A stretch of DNA of 64,000 bases from an uncultured Gemmatimonadales bacterium (GTDB taxonomy: Bacteria > Gemmatimonadota > Gemmatimonadetes > Longimicrobiales > RSA9), in the NCBI GenBank assembly GCA_963798845.1, contig CAWCUS010000006.1, positions 800,001 to 864,000 on the forward strand, written 5' to 3'. Position numbers and translations under genes: made by a program. Below, piece by piece: positions 1-11,151 of this stretch; the first letter of the stretch is position 1; each line of letters begins with the position of its first letter. Below the pieces are notes generated by a model. It had not been told where the DNA came from. It worked only from the letters and a program-made list of their open reading frames with translations, and ran no database searches.

Positions 1-2755
1 CGACACCGGGATCGCCGTGAGCCGGTCCGGAAGCCACCAGAATGCGTTGCCCGGCGTGGGCGGGGGCGGGCACGACCCGGGTTTCTCCGGTGGTCAGATC
101 GCGCAACACGAGGACGCGGCGGCCGTCGCGGACACCGCTGTGGATCAGCACCGAGCCGTCGGGCGAGCAGGCGAGAGGCGCGAAACCGATGCCGTCGAAG
201 ATGCGCGGCTCGGCCTCACCGGGCCGGTAGAAAGCGATCTGGTGGGCATTGCCCCGGGTGATATCGGCGGCAAGCCCGGCGCCACACCAGTCCACGGTCG
301 AGATCCTCTGCCCGGTCCAGCTCGCGACCGTGTCGCCGCCGGGAGTGAGCACCCGGAGGGTGTCCGCCGGGCCCTGCGCGACGAAGGCGAGCAGCTGCCC
401 GTCCGGCGACCATTCCGGTGCTGACACGAGCCCCCGGCCCGGATAGACCACGCGCGCCTGCCCCCCGGTGATTCGCCTGGTGACCTCGTCCTCGCGGTAG
501 TGGTCGGCGGTCGTGTCCTCCCGGCTGTACGCCACCCATTGCGCGTCCGGTGACAGCGATCCGAGATACAGATCGCCCCGGCTGCGGATGTCCGCCAACG
601 TGTCGCCAGAGGCGCGGAGAATCGCGATGTCGGGCCCGCGATCCTCATGCCGGACACGCGCGTACCAGAGGATGGAGCCGTCCGGTCCGCGGAGCGGCCT
701 GTCGGCGCTGGCGGGCACGGAGTCGCCGAGCGCCCGCATCTTCCACCTTGCCGGGTCGCGCCCCTCCGCGTCCAGAGTCACCCACCCGTCCGGCGTGTGC
801 ATGAACACCGTGCCGCCGCCGTACGCCGGCGCGCCGCTCGTGAACACGCCGAGGGCGTAGGCGCCCACTGCGAACACCGTGAGCAGGGCAAGCGCGCCGG
901 CTCCCAGCACCACCTTCGGCCACGACGGGAGCGGGCGCTCGGCCGGCGGCTCCCGCGTCACGGAGAGCGCCGCCAGCCGGACCTGCGGGTGGACGAACCC
1001 GAGCGAGTCATCCCCTTCCCAGTGCACCACGCCCGCCTCCCCCAGCTCGGCGGCTGCGCGGTCGAAGGCGTGGGTGCTCAGGCCGGCCGCGCGGCGAAGC
1101 CGGGAGGAGGGCGTGGGGGGACCGGCCCGGGCGAGGGCCCCGGCCAGAGCGATCGCGTCCGGGCGGAGCGCGTCGAGGCGCCGCCTCAGCTCGGCCGCGA
1201 CGGGGCCGGGAAGTGCGGGTGGATCGGCGAGCTGGCCCGGGTCGATGGTCCCGTCCGAGCGAAGGAGGCCCCGGACCTCCAGGTCCTCAACCAGGTGCCG
1301 GAGGAAGAGCGGATTGCCCCGCACCACCGGGTCGATCCGCCGCGCCACGTCGTCGGATGGGCGCGAAAGGCCGGAAGCCTCGAGTAGCTCCCCCACTTCG
1401 TTCACGGTGAGCGGCCGGAGCGGCAGCGGCACGGCGCCGAGCTCACGGATCACCTGTTCTTCGGCCGCGCGGTCCGCGGCCGTCGCAGCGTCGGCGCGGT
1501 ACAGGTTCACGAGCATGATCGGCTCGGCGCGGAGTCGCCGCGCCACACGGACCAGGAGCGCGCGCGATGCGGCGTCGGCCCACTGCACGTCGTCGCACAC
1601 CACGAGAAGGGGCGATTCGAACGCCACGGCGCCCAGCAGGTCGGCGAAGGCGTCCGCGAGTGCCACGTGGGCGGGGAGCCCGGCAGCGTTTTCCGCGCCG
1701 TCTCCAGCGCCGCGACGGCTGGGCACCAGGGAGCGGAGAACACGGTCCGACCCGGGGCTGGTCCCCGCCGCTCCGGGCAGCGCCAGCAGCCCGGACACCA
1801 GCTCGGCCACCAGCCCCAGCTCTATCGTTCGGTCCGACGGCAGCGCCCTCGCCCGAACGACCACCCCGCCCGACGCTCGTACCAACGCCGCCAGCTCCTG
1901 CGACAGCCGGGTCTTGCCGATCCCCGCCGGTCCCTTGACCAGCGCCACCTCACGCTGCCCGGCCGCCGCCCGGTGCCAGACCCGCGTCAGGATCGAGAGC
2001 TCGCGGCGCCGGTCCGTGAACTCGAACAGGGTCGACCGCTCCTCGCCCGGACCCGGGGCCGCATGCCTCATCGCCTCGAGACGGTGACGGAGCCCGGACA
2101 GCGGCTCCTCGTCCGCTTCCGCGCCGGTCTGCTCCTCGGCGTCCCGCAGCCCCGCCGCCGCCTCCTCCAGCCGTCCCAGCCCCAGCAGCGCCGCGATCCG
2201 GGCCTCGTGCGTCTCCATTCGGTGCGGCGCCACCTCCACCGCCCTCTCCGCAAGCTCCCGCGAGCGCTCCGGCTCACCGGCTGCTGCCGCCGCTCTCGCG
2301 CCACGGACCAGCGCCTCCGACACCTCCCGGTCCAGGCCGCTGCGAAGCTCTTCCGCCCACCGCTCGAACCGCGACGAGTCCACTTCGAACGATTCGAGGA
2401 ATCGCCCGCCGCGCAGGGCCAGCGCCTCCTCCACCCGGCCCGCTGCCAAAGCCGCCCGGACTTCCGCGACGTCGGTGCTCAGGCGGGAACGGTCCAGATG
2501 CACCGGGTCGTCCCCCACCAGCAGCTCGGGGTCCAGGATACTGCGGAGCTGGGAGAGCGCCTGACGCACCGACTGGCGCGCCCGCGCCGAGTCGGCATGA
2601 GCCCAGAGCAGCCGCGCCAGCTCGGCCCGGGTCACACCTTCCGGCGTGAACGCAAGGCGGACGAGCACGGCGAACGGCTTGCCGAGCGGGATGTCCACCC
2701 GCGCGCCGTCCATCTCCAGACCGGGCTCGCCCAAGGTAATGAGGCGGTATGGCAA
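1..2755 (-). CDS. SARP/BTAD transcriptional-activator domain + STAND/AAA ATPase + TM helix + TolB/PD40-like beta-propeller; 3' end runs off the window
   Basis: Hand translation from TTG 2755: MPYRLITLGEP...RAELARLLW...ARQSVRQALSQLR (wHTH/BTAD), Walker A GPAGIGKT, Walker B LLVVCDDVQWAD, GNPLF motif, hydrophobic VVLGAGALALLTVFAVGAYALGVF, then WSPDGQ/LSPDAQ/CSPDGS repeats. Absent from the ORF track because no stop falls inside the window. Confidence 0.85.
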   Translation of the reverse strand, partial: MPYRLITLGEPGLEMDGARVDIPLGKPFAVLVRLAFTPEGVTRAELARLLWAHADSARARQSVRQALSQLRSILDPELLVGDDPVHLDRSRLSTDVAEVRAALAAGRVEEALALRGGRFLESFEVDSSRFERWAEELRSGLDREVSEALVRGARAAAAAGEPERSRELAERAVEVAPHRMETHEARIAALLGLGRLEEAAAGLRDAEEQTGAEADEEPLSGLRHRLEAMRHAAPGPGEERSTLFEFTDRRRELSILTRVWHRAAAGQREVALVKGPAGIGKTRLSQELAALVRASGGVVVRARALPSDRTIELGLVAELVSGLLALPGAAGTSPGSDRVLRSLVPSRRGAGDGAENAAGLPAHVALADAFADLLGAVAFESPLLVVCDDVQWADAASRALLVRVARRLRAEPIMLVNLYRADAATAADRAAEEQVIRELGAVPLPLRPLTVNEVGELLEASGLSRPSDDVARRIDPVVRGNPLFLRHLVEDLEVRGLLRSDGTIDPGQLADPPALPGPVAAELRRRLDALRPDAIALAGALARAGPPTPSSRLRRAAGLSTHAFDRAAAELGEAGVVHWEGDDSLGFVHPQVRLAALSVTREPPAERPLPSWPKVVLGAGALALLTVFAVGAYALGVFTSGAPAYGGGTVFMHTPDGWVTLDAEGRDPARWKMRALGDSVPASADRPLRGPDGSILWYARVRHEDRGPDIAILRASGDTLADIRSRGDLYLGSLSPDAQWVAYSREDTTADHYREDEVTRRITGGQARVVYPGRGLVSAPEWSPDGQLLAFVAQGPADTLRVLTPGGDTVASWTGQRISTVDWCGAGLAADITRGNAHQIAFYRPGEAEPRIFDGIGFAPLACSPDGSVLIHSGVRDGRRVLVLRDLTTGETRVVPAPAHAGQRILVASGPAHGDPGV

Positions 2756-2886
2756 GGCCTGCCGCTTTCCGTGGGTTCGACGAGATTCGTAATAGGCACT
2801 GCCATTGCGACGTGCAAGCTGCCGGACCGAGGATCCAGTCCCGGCCCGGCACCCCTACGGGCGGGCAGGGACGGCGGCGAGAGTCG

Positions 2887-3966
2887 CTAGCGGGACCCGT
2901 GTGTCGCCCGAAAGGCGCGGCATTCGATGGCCTCGAGGGTGTGCGCCTCGTCGGTCTGGATGACGAAGTCGCCCCACTGGCCGCCGGGCGCCGGCTCGAA
3001 CGCGTCGACATTTTCGACCGGCCGGAGCGAGACGACCATGGCGCGGACGCCGGGCCGGTAGGCCTCGAGCTGCTCCGGGATACCGGTGCCTCGCTCGACA
3101 TGGAAGCCACCGACCATATGGAGGACGAGGGCGTGCGGGTGCGCGTCCAGGTAGCGGGAGATCCACCAGCCCATCGTGGCGTCCCACAGCACCTGGCTGT
3201 CCAGCTGGTTGCCCATCTGGTGATGGGAGCCCATCGGTGCCGACGGGTGCTCGACAGGGACGCCGCACTTCGTCCCCTCCTGGGCCATGACGTCGGAGAT
3301 GGTCTGGATCCACTGCTGCTTGTACGCCTCGGACGCCTCCCCGTACGGCAGCGGCGGGAGATTGGCGCGAGCGTAGGCGGGCAGGTCTGCGAGAGACTCC
3401 CGCCCGTGGAGACTCACGCGCGTTACGTAGCGCCGGGGTGCGTTGGCCGCGACGACGTCGATGCCGTGCTCCCTGGCCAGCTCGATGAGCGGGCGATAGT
3501 CGCTCGCGTAGCGCGGCCACGGCCGGCTCGCCTCCTCGAACGCCGTTTCGGTGATCAGCCCGGCCAGGTACTCGTCCACCACAGGCTGAACGTCGTGCTC
3601 GAAGAATTCGAGGGAGAGCGCCACGGTGCGGCCGGGTTGGCCTTCCGCCGCGCGGGGGGGGCCTGAGGCGGAGTCGGTGGGAGATGTCGCGCCGAATCGC
3701 TTCCACGCGTCTTCCAGCAGCCTGGCTTCCACCATGTGGCCGGTAGGATCGTCGTGCGTCTCGCCAATGAAGACGACGTCGTTCGCCCCCATTGCGGCCA
3801 CGACGTCGTCCAGTGACGCCGGCTCGCCGCTTCCGGTGAATACGCGGTAGTCACCGGGCACGTAGGCGGTGTCCAGGGCCTCGTGGGCCGGCTCCTGCGC
3901 GGAGCCGACGGTGGCGATGCCGGCGAGGCCGACCATGGAGAGGATGCCGGAGAGGTGTCTGATCAT
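2887..3966 (-). CDS. ChaN-family (haem/iron-uptake associated) exported protein
   Basis: Signal peptide; VFIGETHD, LSLEFFE, DYRPLIELAR, VVAANAPR, WDATM, VGGFH motifs. Confidence 0.8.
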   Translation of the reverse strand: MIRHLSGILSMVGLAGIATVGSAQEPAHEALDTAYVPGDYRVFTGSGEPASLDDVVAAMGANDVVFIGETHDDPTGHMVEARLLEDAWKRFGATSPTDSASGPPRAAEGQPGRTVALSLEFFEHDVQPVVDEYLAGLITETAFEEASRPWPRYASDYRPLIELAREHGIDVVAANAPRRYVTRVSLHGRESLADLPAYARANLPPLPYGEASEAYKQQWIQTISDVMAQEGTKCGVPVEHPSAPMGSHHQMGNQLDSQVLWDATMGWWISRYLDAHPHALVLHMVGGFHVERGTGIPEQLEAYRPGVRAMVVSLRPVENVDAFEPAPGGQWGDFVIQTDEAHTLEAIECRAFRATHGSR

Positions 3967-4075
3967 GAGCCCAGGGAAGGTGCGGTCGGTCGCTGCGAAG
4001 CCTGTGCGACCATTCTACCCCCTCGCGGCCCCACCTGACAGGTCCGGCCGCTGCTGCGGCGGGCGCGGCCCGGCG

Positions 4076-5569
4076 CTACGCGGCAGCCCCGACGCGCGCA
4101 CGGGCACGTGAGGCCGGCGCGCCCGTGGGGGGGCGCACGGGGATCTCCACGCGGAAAACGACGCCGCTGTCGCCACGGGGGACCGCAGCGACGCGGCCGC
4201 CGTGAGCCTCCGCCGCGGCGCGGGCGATGGGTAGACCGGCCCCGGACCCGGCGCGGCCGGAAGGGGCACGCCCCTGGAAGTACCGGTCGAAGACGTGTGC
4301 CGCCTCCTCGGTCGTCACGGCAAGGCCGTCGTCCTCGACTTCCACGACCAGCCAGCCCGGCTCGCCGAGGAACCGGACCTCGACCCGGCCGCCGGGCGCA
4401 GTGAACTTGAACGCGTTCTCCAGCAGGTTGCCCAGGATGTCGCCGCGGAGGGAGTCCGGGTCCGCGACGATGAGGGGGGGTGTGGACGCGTCGCTGTGGA
4501 CGTGCAGGCGAACCTGCCTCCCCCGGGCGACGGGGGCGAAGGCCCGCTCGACGCCACGTGCGAAATGCCGGATCTTGATCTCCTCGAGTCCCGGGCGGAT
4601 GCCGCGCGCTTCCATGCGGCTGATCTCCATGAGGTGGTCGGCCCTGGCGCTCAGCGCCCTGGCCTGGCCCACGAGGTTCAGCAGCAGCTCCCGCTGACGG
4701 GGCTCCAGCTTGCCCGCCATCTCTTCGTCCAGGAGCTCGGCGTACCCGGCGATGATGCTGACCGGCGTCTTCAGGTCGTGGGTCGCGATTCCGACCAGCT
4801 CGGCTTTCGTCCGGTCCAGCTCGGACAGCTGCGTCGCCATCGTTCGGAACGAGCGGAACAGGTCGCCCACTTCGTCGGAGCGGCCGTACCCGGCGTCGGT
4901 CTGGGCTTCGAAGCGTCCGTTCGCCACGTCCATCATTGCCCGACGCAGACGCTCGAGCGGACCGCTGTGGACTCGCGCCGCGAGCCAGGCCAGCACCACG
5001 GCGAGCAGCATGGCGACCAGGATCGCGGTCCCCGCCGTGGCCGACGCCGTGGAGGCGAGATCGTCCGCCTCATCGGCGGCGCCCGTCGTGCTTTCATCGA
5101 TGGCCTGAGACAGCCTCGCCACGGCGGCGTCGCTCGAGTGCAGGAGCGGCACGGCGGCGGCATTCAGGAAGGCGGTGGCGCTCTCGAGGGAGTCGGCCTC
5201 GACGAGGGAGCGAAGGGAGTCGGTGGTTTGCCGGAGTGCCACCAGCGGCAGCGCGCTGGCCACCACGCGGTCGCCATAGCCGAGGGTGCGGAGCACGCGG
5301 GTCTGCTCCTCGATCCGGGCGAGGGCCCGCTCCACCTGCGGTTCCAGCTGCGGATCCACGGTGGCCACGTACGCCCGCTCCAGTCGATCCAGGTCCGAGA
5401 CGCCCCGGCGCAGGAGTCCGACGGCGTTCGCCGCCTGCGCGGCACCGGTGCGGATCTCGTGCACGAGGCCACGCACCGTGTGGACACGCGCGGCGGCGTA
5501 CACGGCCGGGACGGTCATCACGCCGATGACGGCGAGCAGGCTCAGCAGGAGACGGCTGCGCAGCCTCAT
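4076..5569 (-). CDS. Membrane HAMP-domain sensor histidine kinase
   Basis: Start MRLRSRLLL at 5569; two TM helices, HAMP, H-box ATHDLKTP, N-box NLLENAFKFT, G2 GSGAGL. Confidence 0.9.
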   Translation of the reverse strand: MRLRSRLLLSLLAVIGVMTVPAVYAAARVHTVRGLVHEIRTGAAQAANAVGLLRRGVSDLDRLERAYVATVDPQLEPQVERALARIEEQTRVLRTLGYGDRVVASALPLVALRQTTDSLRSLVEADSLESATAFLNAAAVPLLHSSDAAVARLSQAIDESTTGAADEADDLASTASATAGTAILVAMLLAVVLAWLAARVHSGPLERLRRAMMDVANGRFEAQTDAGYGRSDEVGDLFRSFRTMATQLSELDRTKAELVGIATHDLKTPVSIIAGYAELLDEEMAGKLEPRQRELLLNLVGQARALSARADHLMEISRMEARGIRPGLEEIKIRHFARGVERAFAPVARGRQVRLHVHSDASTPPLIVADPDSLRGDILGNLLENAFKFTAPGGRVEVRFLGEPGWLVVEVEDDGLAVTTEEAAHVFDRYFQGRAPSGRAGSGAGLPIARAAAEAHGGRVAAVPRGDSGVVFRVEIPVRPPTGAPASRARARVGAAA

Positions 5570-6814
5570 CGCAACGCTCCCACTGCCGTGGCCGTCGCCG
5601 CATCGGCGCCGCTCATCTGCAGCCGCAGCCGACGGATGCGCGCCTCGATGCTGCGCCGCTCGTCGAGCAGTGCCTCGAGCTCTCGCTCCACGGAACCTGC
5701 GCCCGGACGGGCCGGCCCCGGGTCCTTTTGCCGCCTGGGCGACGCCGCCCATGGCGCCGCTTCCGGCGCGATCCGCATCATGGCCGCGACCACGCTCGGA
5801 TCGAAGTGTCGTCCGGCGTTGCCCCGGATCTCCGTCAGCGTCTCCCGGATGGTCCACGCCCGCTTGTAGGGACGTTCGTGCGTGAGCGAGTCGAACACGT
5901 CGGCCACCGCCACCACCCGGCTCGAGCGCGGGATCTCCTCACCCCTGAGTCCGTTCGGGTAGCCCGCCCCATCCCACCGCTCGTGGTGGCACAGCGCGAT
6001 CTCCTCCGCCAGCCTGAGCAGCGGGTACTCGCTCCCGGACAGGATCTGGGCACCCATCGTCGTGTGGGTGCGCATGAGCGCCTGCTCCTCGGCCGTGAGA
6101 CGCCCTTCTTTCAGCAGGATCGAGTCCGGAATCCCTATCTTTCCGAATGTCGTGAAGCGGCGCCGCTTTTCGCAGGAGCGCCACCCGCTCCTCGGGGAAC
6201 CCCAGCACCTGCGCCAGGCGCGCCGACAGGCGCCCGACACGCTGGGTGTGCTGTCCGGTGTCGTCGTCCCGGAACTCCGCCGCCTGCGCCAGCCGGTCCA
6301 GCACCTCCTGGCGCGCTTCCTCCAGCTCGCTCGTCCGCTCCTGCACGCGCTCCTCGAGCTGGGTGTTCTGTTCCCGCAGCTGCGCATGGAGGAAGCGCGT
6401 GCGGACCAGATTGCGGACGCGCAGCCGGATCTCGGCGGGGCTCAGCGGCTTCGTCAGGAAGTCCGAGGCGCCGAGGGCCAGCGCCCGCCGCCGCGAATCC
6501 GCCGCGGGATCGCCGGTGGCCACGAGAACCGGGATGTAATCCCCCTCCGGGAGCCAGTTCCTGAAGTATTCCAGGAACTGGAACCCGTCGAACCCGGGCA
6601 TCATCAGGTCGAGGAGCACCAGGTCCGGCCGGATCTCGTCGAGCAGCGCGGCCGCTTTGCCGGCGTCGGTGTGTTGGACCAGGGACCCGTACCGTTCCGG
6701 CTTCAGCACGTCGTGCAGGAACCGGAGATTCGATGGCTCGTCGTCCACCAGCAGGATGCGGGCGTTGCTGGTGCCAGTATCACGAAAGCTTGCATCAGGA
6801 TGGCGCAGCATCAC
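5566..6814 (-). CDS. Response regulator with HD-GYP c-di-GMP phosphodiesterase domain (RpfG-like), split by a frameshift near 6146
   Basis: REC domain (ILLVDDE, LLDLMMP, FLTKP) in ORF 5939-6814 up to APLHDI; continues GKIGIPD...[14 protein letters not shown]...VADVFD in ORF 5566-6387. Confidence 0.85.
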
Positions 6815-6997
6815 TTCTCGTAGAATGGTTCAGGGATGAGACAAATAGTGGTCACGTCTCGCCCAGCCCACAAGCCCGTGCCGCGCACGAGCCGGGCTTT
6901 CGCCGCCGCCACAACGCTCCTATGGTGAGTCTCTCGCTCCGGCGCTGCTCCTACCCGGGAGCCCCAGCGTCCGATCCGTCCTCCAACCCCCCCGCCC

Positions 6998-8140
<1,143 letters not shown>

Positions 8141-8206
8141 GAATGAGGCGACGCGACCCGCCCGGGCTCGCGTCCCGATCCTCGATCACCATGCGAGTGG
8201 GCGGAG

Positions 8207-8527
8207 CTACTGGTCCAGGACTGCGTCCTCCGCACCCTCGCCGAGCTCGACAATGTCGCCTTCGTGGAACAGGATCTTCCGGCCGACCTCCCTCCACTCC
8301 TCCTTGTGCCGGAGCAGCCACTCCAGGTCCATGGAGAAGTGCTTGAACTCCTCCTTCTGGGCGTTGCGCATGATGGCGCTGGCTTCCTCGTCCTGCTCCA
8401 CCGCCAGCCGCTGCTCGTACCAGTCGATCGCCTCCGCCTCCTCAATGAGCGAGGTGATCATGCGGGCGAATGTACGGGTCTCCTGCGAAAGCTCGTTCGC
8501 AGGCTCGTGATACTGATCGAATCCCAT
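8207..8527 (-). CDS. Small ferritin-like protein (encapsulated-ferritin/EncFtn-like fold)
   Basis: YHEP..ELS.ETR...SLIEEAEAIDWYEQR...NAQKEEFKH..MDLEWLLR; 106 aa from ATG 8527. Confidence 0.75.
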   Translation of the reverse strand: MGFDQYHEPANELSQETRTFARMITSLIEEAEAIDWYEQRLAVEQDEEASAIMRNAQKEEFKHFSMDLEWLLRHKEEWREVGRKILFHEGDIVELGEGAEDAVLDQ

Positions 8528-8627
8528 GGACGTCGTGGTTCGGTGGCCGTTTCCCGGACGCGGTACACGAGGGGCAAGGCGCGTACCGCGGGCCGCACGG
8601 CCGACGCGAGCAGGCGAGGCAGCCGCC

Positions 8628-10334
8628 CTACGAAGTCGGGGCGAGGATCGCGGCCGGGTACACGGCCCCGCTCCCGGCGGCGAGATGGCCGAGCCCGATC
8701 TTCTCCAGCAGCGCCGCATACCGGGGGTCGGCGCGGAGGGTGGCCGAAGGCACGAGCGAGAGGTAGAGGAGGCCGGGTTCGTGCTCGCGCAGCGCCTGCT
8801 CCAGGAGCGCGAAGCCCTCGTTGCCACGGCCGAGCACGATCATCAGCACCCCGGTCCAGACGCCGGCGGCGGTGCCGCCTGCGCTGCGAGACTCCATGTC
8901 CCGGAGGCAGTCGAGGGCCTCGCGGCTGTGGCCACCGGCCGCCAGGATCGCTCCGGACTGCGCGAGAGCGCGGTCTGGAACCCGCCCGTGGCTCATGCCG
9001 CGCCGCGTCCACTCCACCGCTTCCTCCGTCCGGCCTATTCGGGCGAGGATGTCCGCCATTCCGAGCGCGGCGCTCCCCGGTGCGCTGCCACTTTCCAGCA
9101 GCCGGTGAAACACCGCCTCCGCCTCCTGGAACCGGCCGGCAAACGCGTGCAGATAGCCGAGGCGGAGGCGGGGGCGGGATTCGACGGGGCTCAGCTCGCA
9201 GGCGCGCGATGCCATGCGCAGCGCGGCGTCCGCATCGGGCCGGACGCAGGTGTAGTACCTCTCGAGCGTGAGGTGCGCCTCCACCGAGCTGGGGCACAGC
9301 TCCAGCGCGCGCTCCGCCTCCGCCCTGGCCCGTTCGAAGTCCCACTCGTGGTGGAGGAGCAGGGACGCCCGTGCGGCGTGGGCCTCGGGGAGATCGGGCG
9401 CGAGATCCAACGCCTCGTCGAGGGCCGCGCGGGCTCGCCGCGCGAGGAGCTCCGGAGATCCCGCCCCCCCGGCGCCGGCGAGCAGGAGGAGGGCTTCGGC
9501 GAGACCGGCGTGGGCAAGGGCGAAGGTGGGGTCGTGGCTGACCGCCGCTTCGTACAGCTTCGTCGCCCGGGACAGCGATTCCGCGTCCAGCTCCATGTGC
9601 GCGCTGCGGGCCCGGAGAAAGGCGTCGTACGCCTCCGGAACCCGCGTCCGTACCGAGCCCCGCTCCTCGGTCGTCTCGGGCCGACGCCGAAGCAGGGTAG
9701 TCGTCACCGCCTCCACGAGCCCGTCCAGCACGTCGAAGAGATCCCCCGTGAGCCGGTCGTAACGCTCCGACCAGAGAGCGCCGCCGTGGCTCGCATCGAC
9801 CAGCTGCGCCGTGACGCTCACCAGCCCGCCTGTCCGGCGCACGCTCCCCCGCAGGACGTGCGACACCCCCAATGCCCCACCGATCTCCCGCACGTCGACG
9901 CTCGGGTCGCCATACTCGAAGGACGACGTCCTCGCCACGACGCGGAGGCTGCGCACCTGCGCCAGCGTGTTGGTCAGCTCCTCCACCATTCCGTCAACCG
10001 AATGCTGGCTCCCGATTTCCGTGCTCAGGTTGGAAAATGGCAGGACGGCGACGGATGGCCCCGGTCGGCCGTACCACGGGGCTTTGCCGCCGCGCCCGCG
10101 CGACCGGGAGGGCGCGGACCGCTCGGAGATCCACGCCAGTACGAGCGCCATCGGGAAAACGAGGATCGTCGCGATCAGGACCACGCGCACTGCCGGCGAC
10201 CGCAGCCCGAGGGAAGGAAAGGCGAGATCCGCGATCAGCCACACTGCGAAAGCGGCCACGGCGTAAGTGATTGCCGCGCGGTAGACCCTCCGTCGCTGCA
10301 GCTCGGCGGCGAAACGACGAATGGAGCGTTTCAT
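8628..10334 (-). CDS. Membrane-anchored TolB-N-terminal-like domain/TPR repeat protein
   Basis: ELQRRRVYRAAITYAV N-terminus with 2 TM; SVAVLPFSNLS...LRVVARTSSF...GSVRR; multiple TPRs. Confidence 0.8.
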   Translation of the reverse strand: MKRSIRRFAAELQRRRVYRAAITYAVAAFAVWLIADLAFPSLGLRSPAVRVVLIATILVFPMALVLAWISERSAPSRSRGRGGKAPWYGRPGPSVAVLPFSNLSTEIGSQHSVDGMVEELTNTLAQVRSLRVVARTSSFEYGDPSVDVREIGGALGVSHVLRGSVRRTGGLVSVTAQLVDASHGGALWSERYDRLTGDLFDVLDGLVEAVTTTLLRRRPETTEERGSVRTRVPEAYDAFLRARSAHMELDAESLSRATKLYEAAVSHDPTFALAHAGLAEALLLLAGAGGAGSPELLARRARAALDEALDLAPDLPEAHAARASLLLHHEWDFERARAEAERALELCPSSVEAHLTLERYYTCVRPDADAALRMASRACELSPVESRPRLRLGYLHAFAGRFQEAEAVFHRLLESGSAPGSAALGMADILARIGRTEEAVEWTRRGMSHGRVPDRALAQSGAILAAGGHSREALDCLRDMESRSAGGTAAGVWTGVLMIVLGRGNEGFALLEQALREHEPGLLYLSLVPSATLRADPRYAALLEKIGLGHLAAGSGAVYPAAILAPTS

Positions 10335-10479
10335 GGCGGGCACCTTTCTGGCCAGCGAACGCCTCAAGATGGGCCGCGCCCGCCACCATCCGCAATGCAA
10401 TCGCCCCTCGCCTGAACCATGTCGGAGGGACGTTCGTATATTGGGCCATCCACAGCGGCGCTGACAACCGGACAGAACC

Positions 10480-10953
10480 ATGTCGATCCAAGCCATCCGG
10501 CGCACCCTCTTTTCCAGCGACTACGACGTGTTCGCGGACAATGCGCCCGTCACCGTCCTCGACCTGGCGCGCGTGCGCTCCCGCGCCTTCTTCGAGCTCG
10601 GGCCAGAGAGGTACACGGTGCGCCCGGAAGGGTTGACCCACGGCTCTTACATCCTCGAGATCGCCGCCCGCACGATCGCCCGGGCGGAACGGGCATCTCT
10701 ACTCCCGCCGGCGTACCGCGTACGGACCGAGAACCGGATGCTCGAGCTGCGCTCACGCCTTCCTGGCCGGACGTTCGTCGTCCGCCATGGCGACCGGGAG
10801 ATCGGGGCCGTGCGCCCCGCGCACCTCTTCAGCCGGACCGCCCTCGTGGAAGGGCTCGAGGAGCTTCCGATGGCCACCCGCCTGTTCCTGCTGACCATCG
10901 TGCTGCTGCGCTGGCGGCGCAGGGCAAGGGCCGCGGCGTCGGGCGGCAGCTGA
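10480..10953 (+). CDS. Hypothetical protein
   Basis: 157-aa ORF with protein-like composition filling the gap between genes. Confidence 0.65.
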   Translation: MSIQAIRRTLFSSDYDVFADNAPVTVLDLARVRSRAFFELGPERYTVRPEGLTHGSYILEIAARTIARAERASLLPPAYRVRTENRMLELRSRLPGRTFVVRHGDREIGAVRPAHLFSRTALVEGLEELPMATRLFLLTIVLLRWRRRARAAASGGS

Positions 10954-11151
10954 CGTCGGGCTCCGCCGGGATCTCCGTTTCCGCCCGCTTGACGTTGACT
11001 GACCGGTCGCTTCGGACCTGAGTCCTGGACCGCGGCGAGACGGGGGGCCGCGGACGCCGTCCCACCATCCACCCGCCGCCGAGAACCTGTCCCGCCGACG
11101 GGCAACGCTGATAAACTGTCCTGACGGGTGCCCCCCAGCCGGAGGCAGCGC

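Noticed and set aside
2793..2810. Sigma-54-like TAGGCACTGCCATTGCG on the plus strand
   Set aside because: Points into the 3' end of the ChaN gene, away from any plus-strand start, and has no enhancer box.
8526..10415. Long antisense ORFs (also 4295-5869, 10753-12741, 53423-55363, 58373-60049, 61465-63255)
   Set aside because: Shadows of well-supported opposite-strand genes in high-GC DNA; no motifs.
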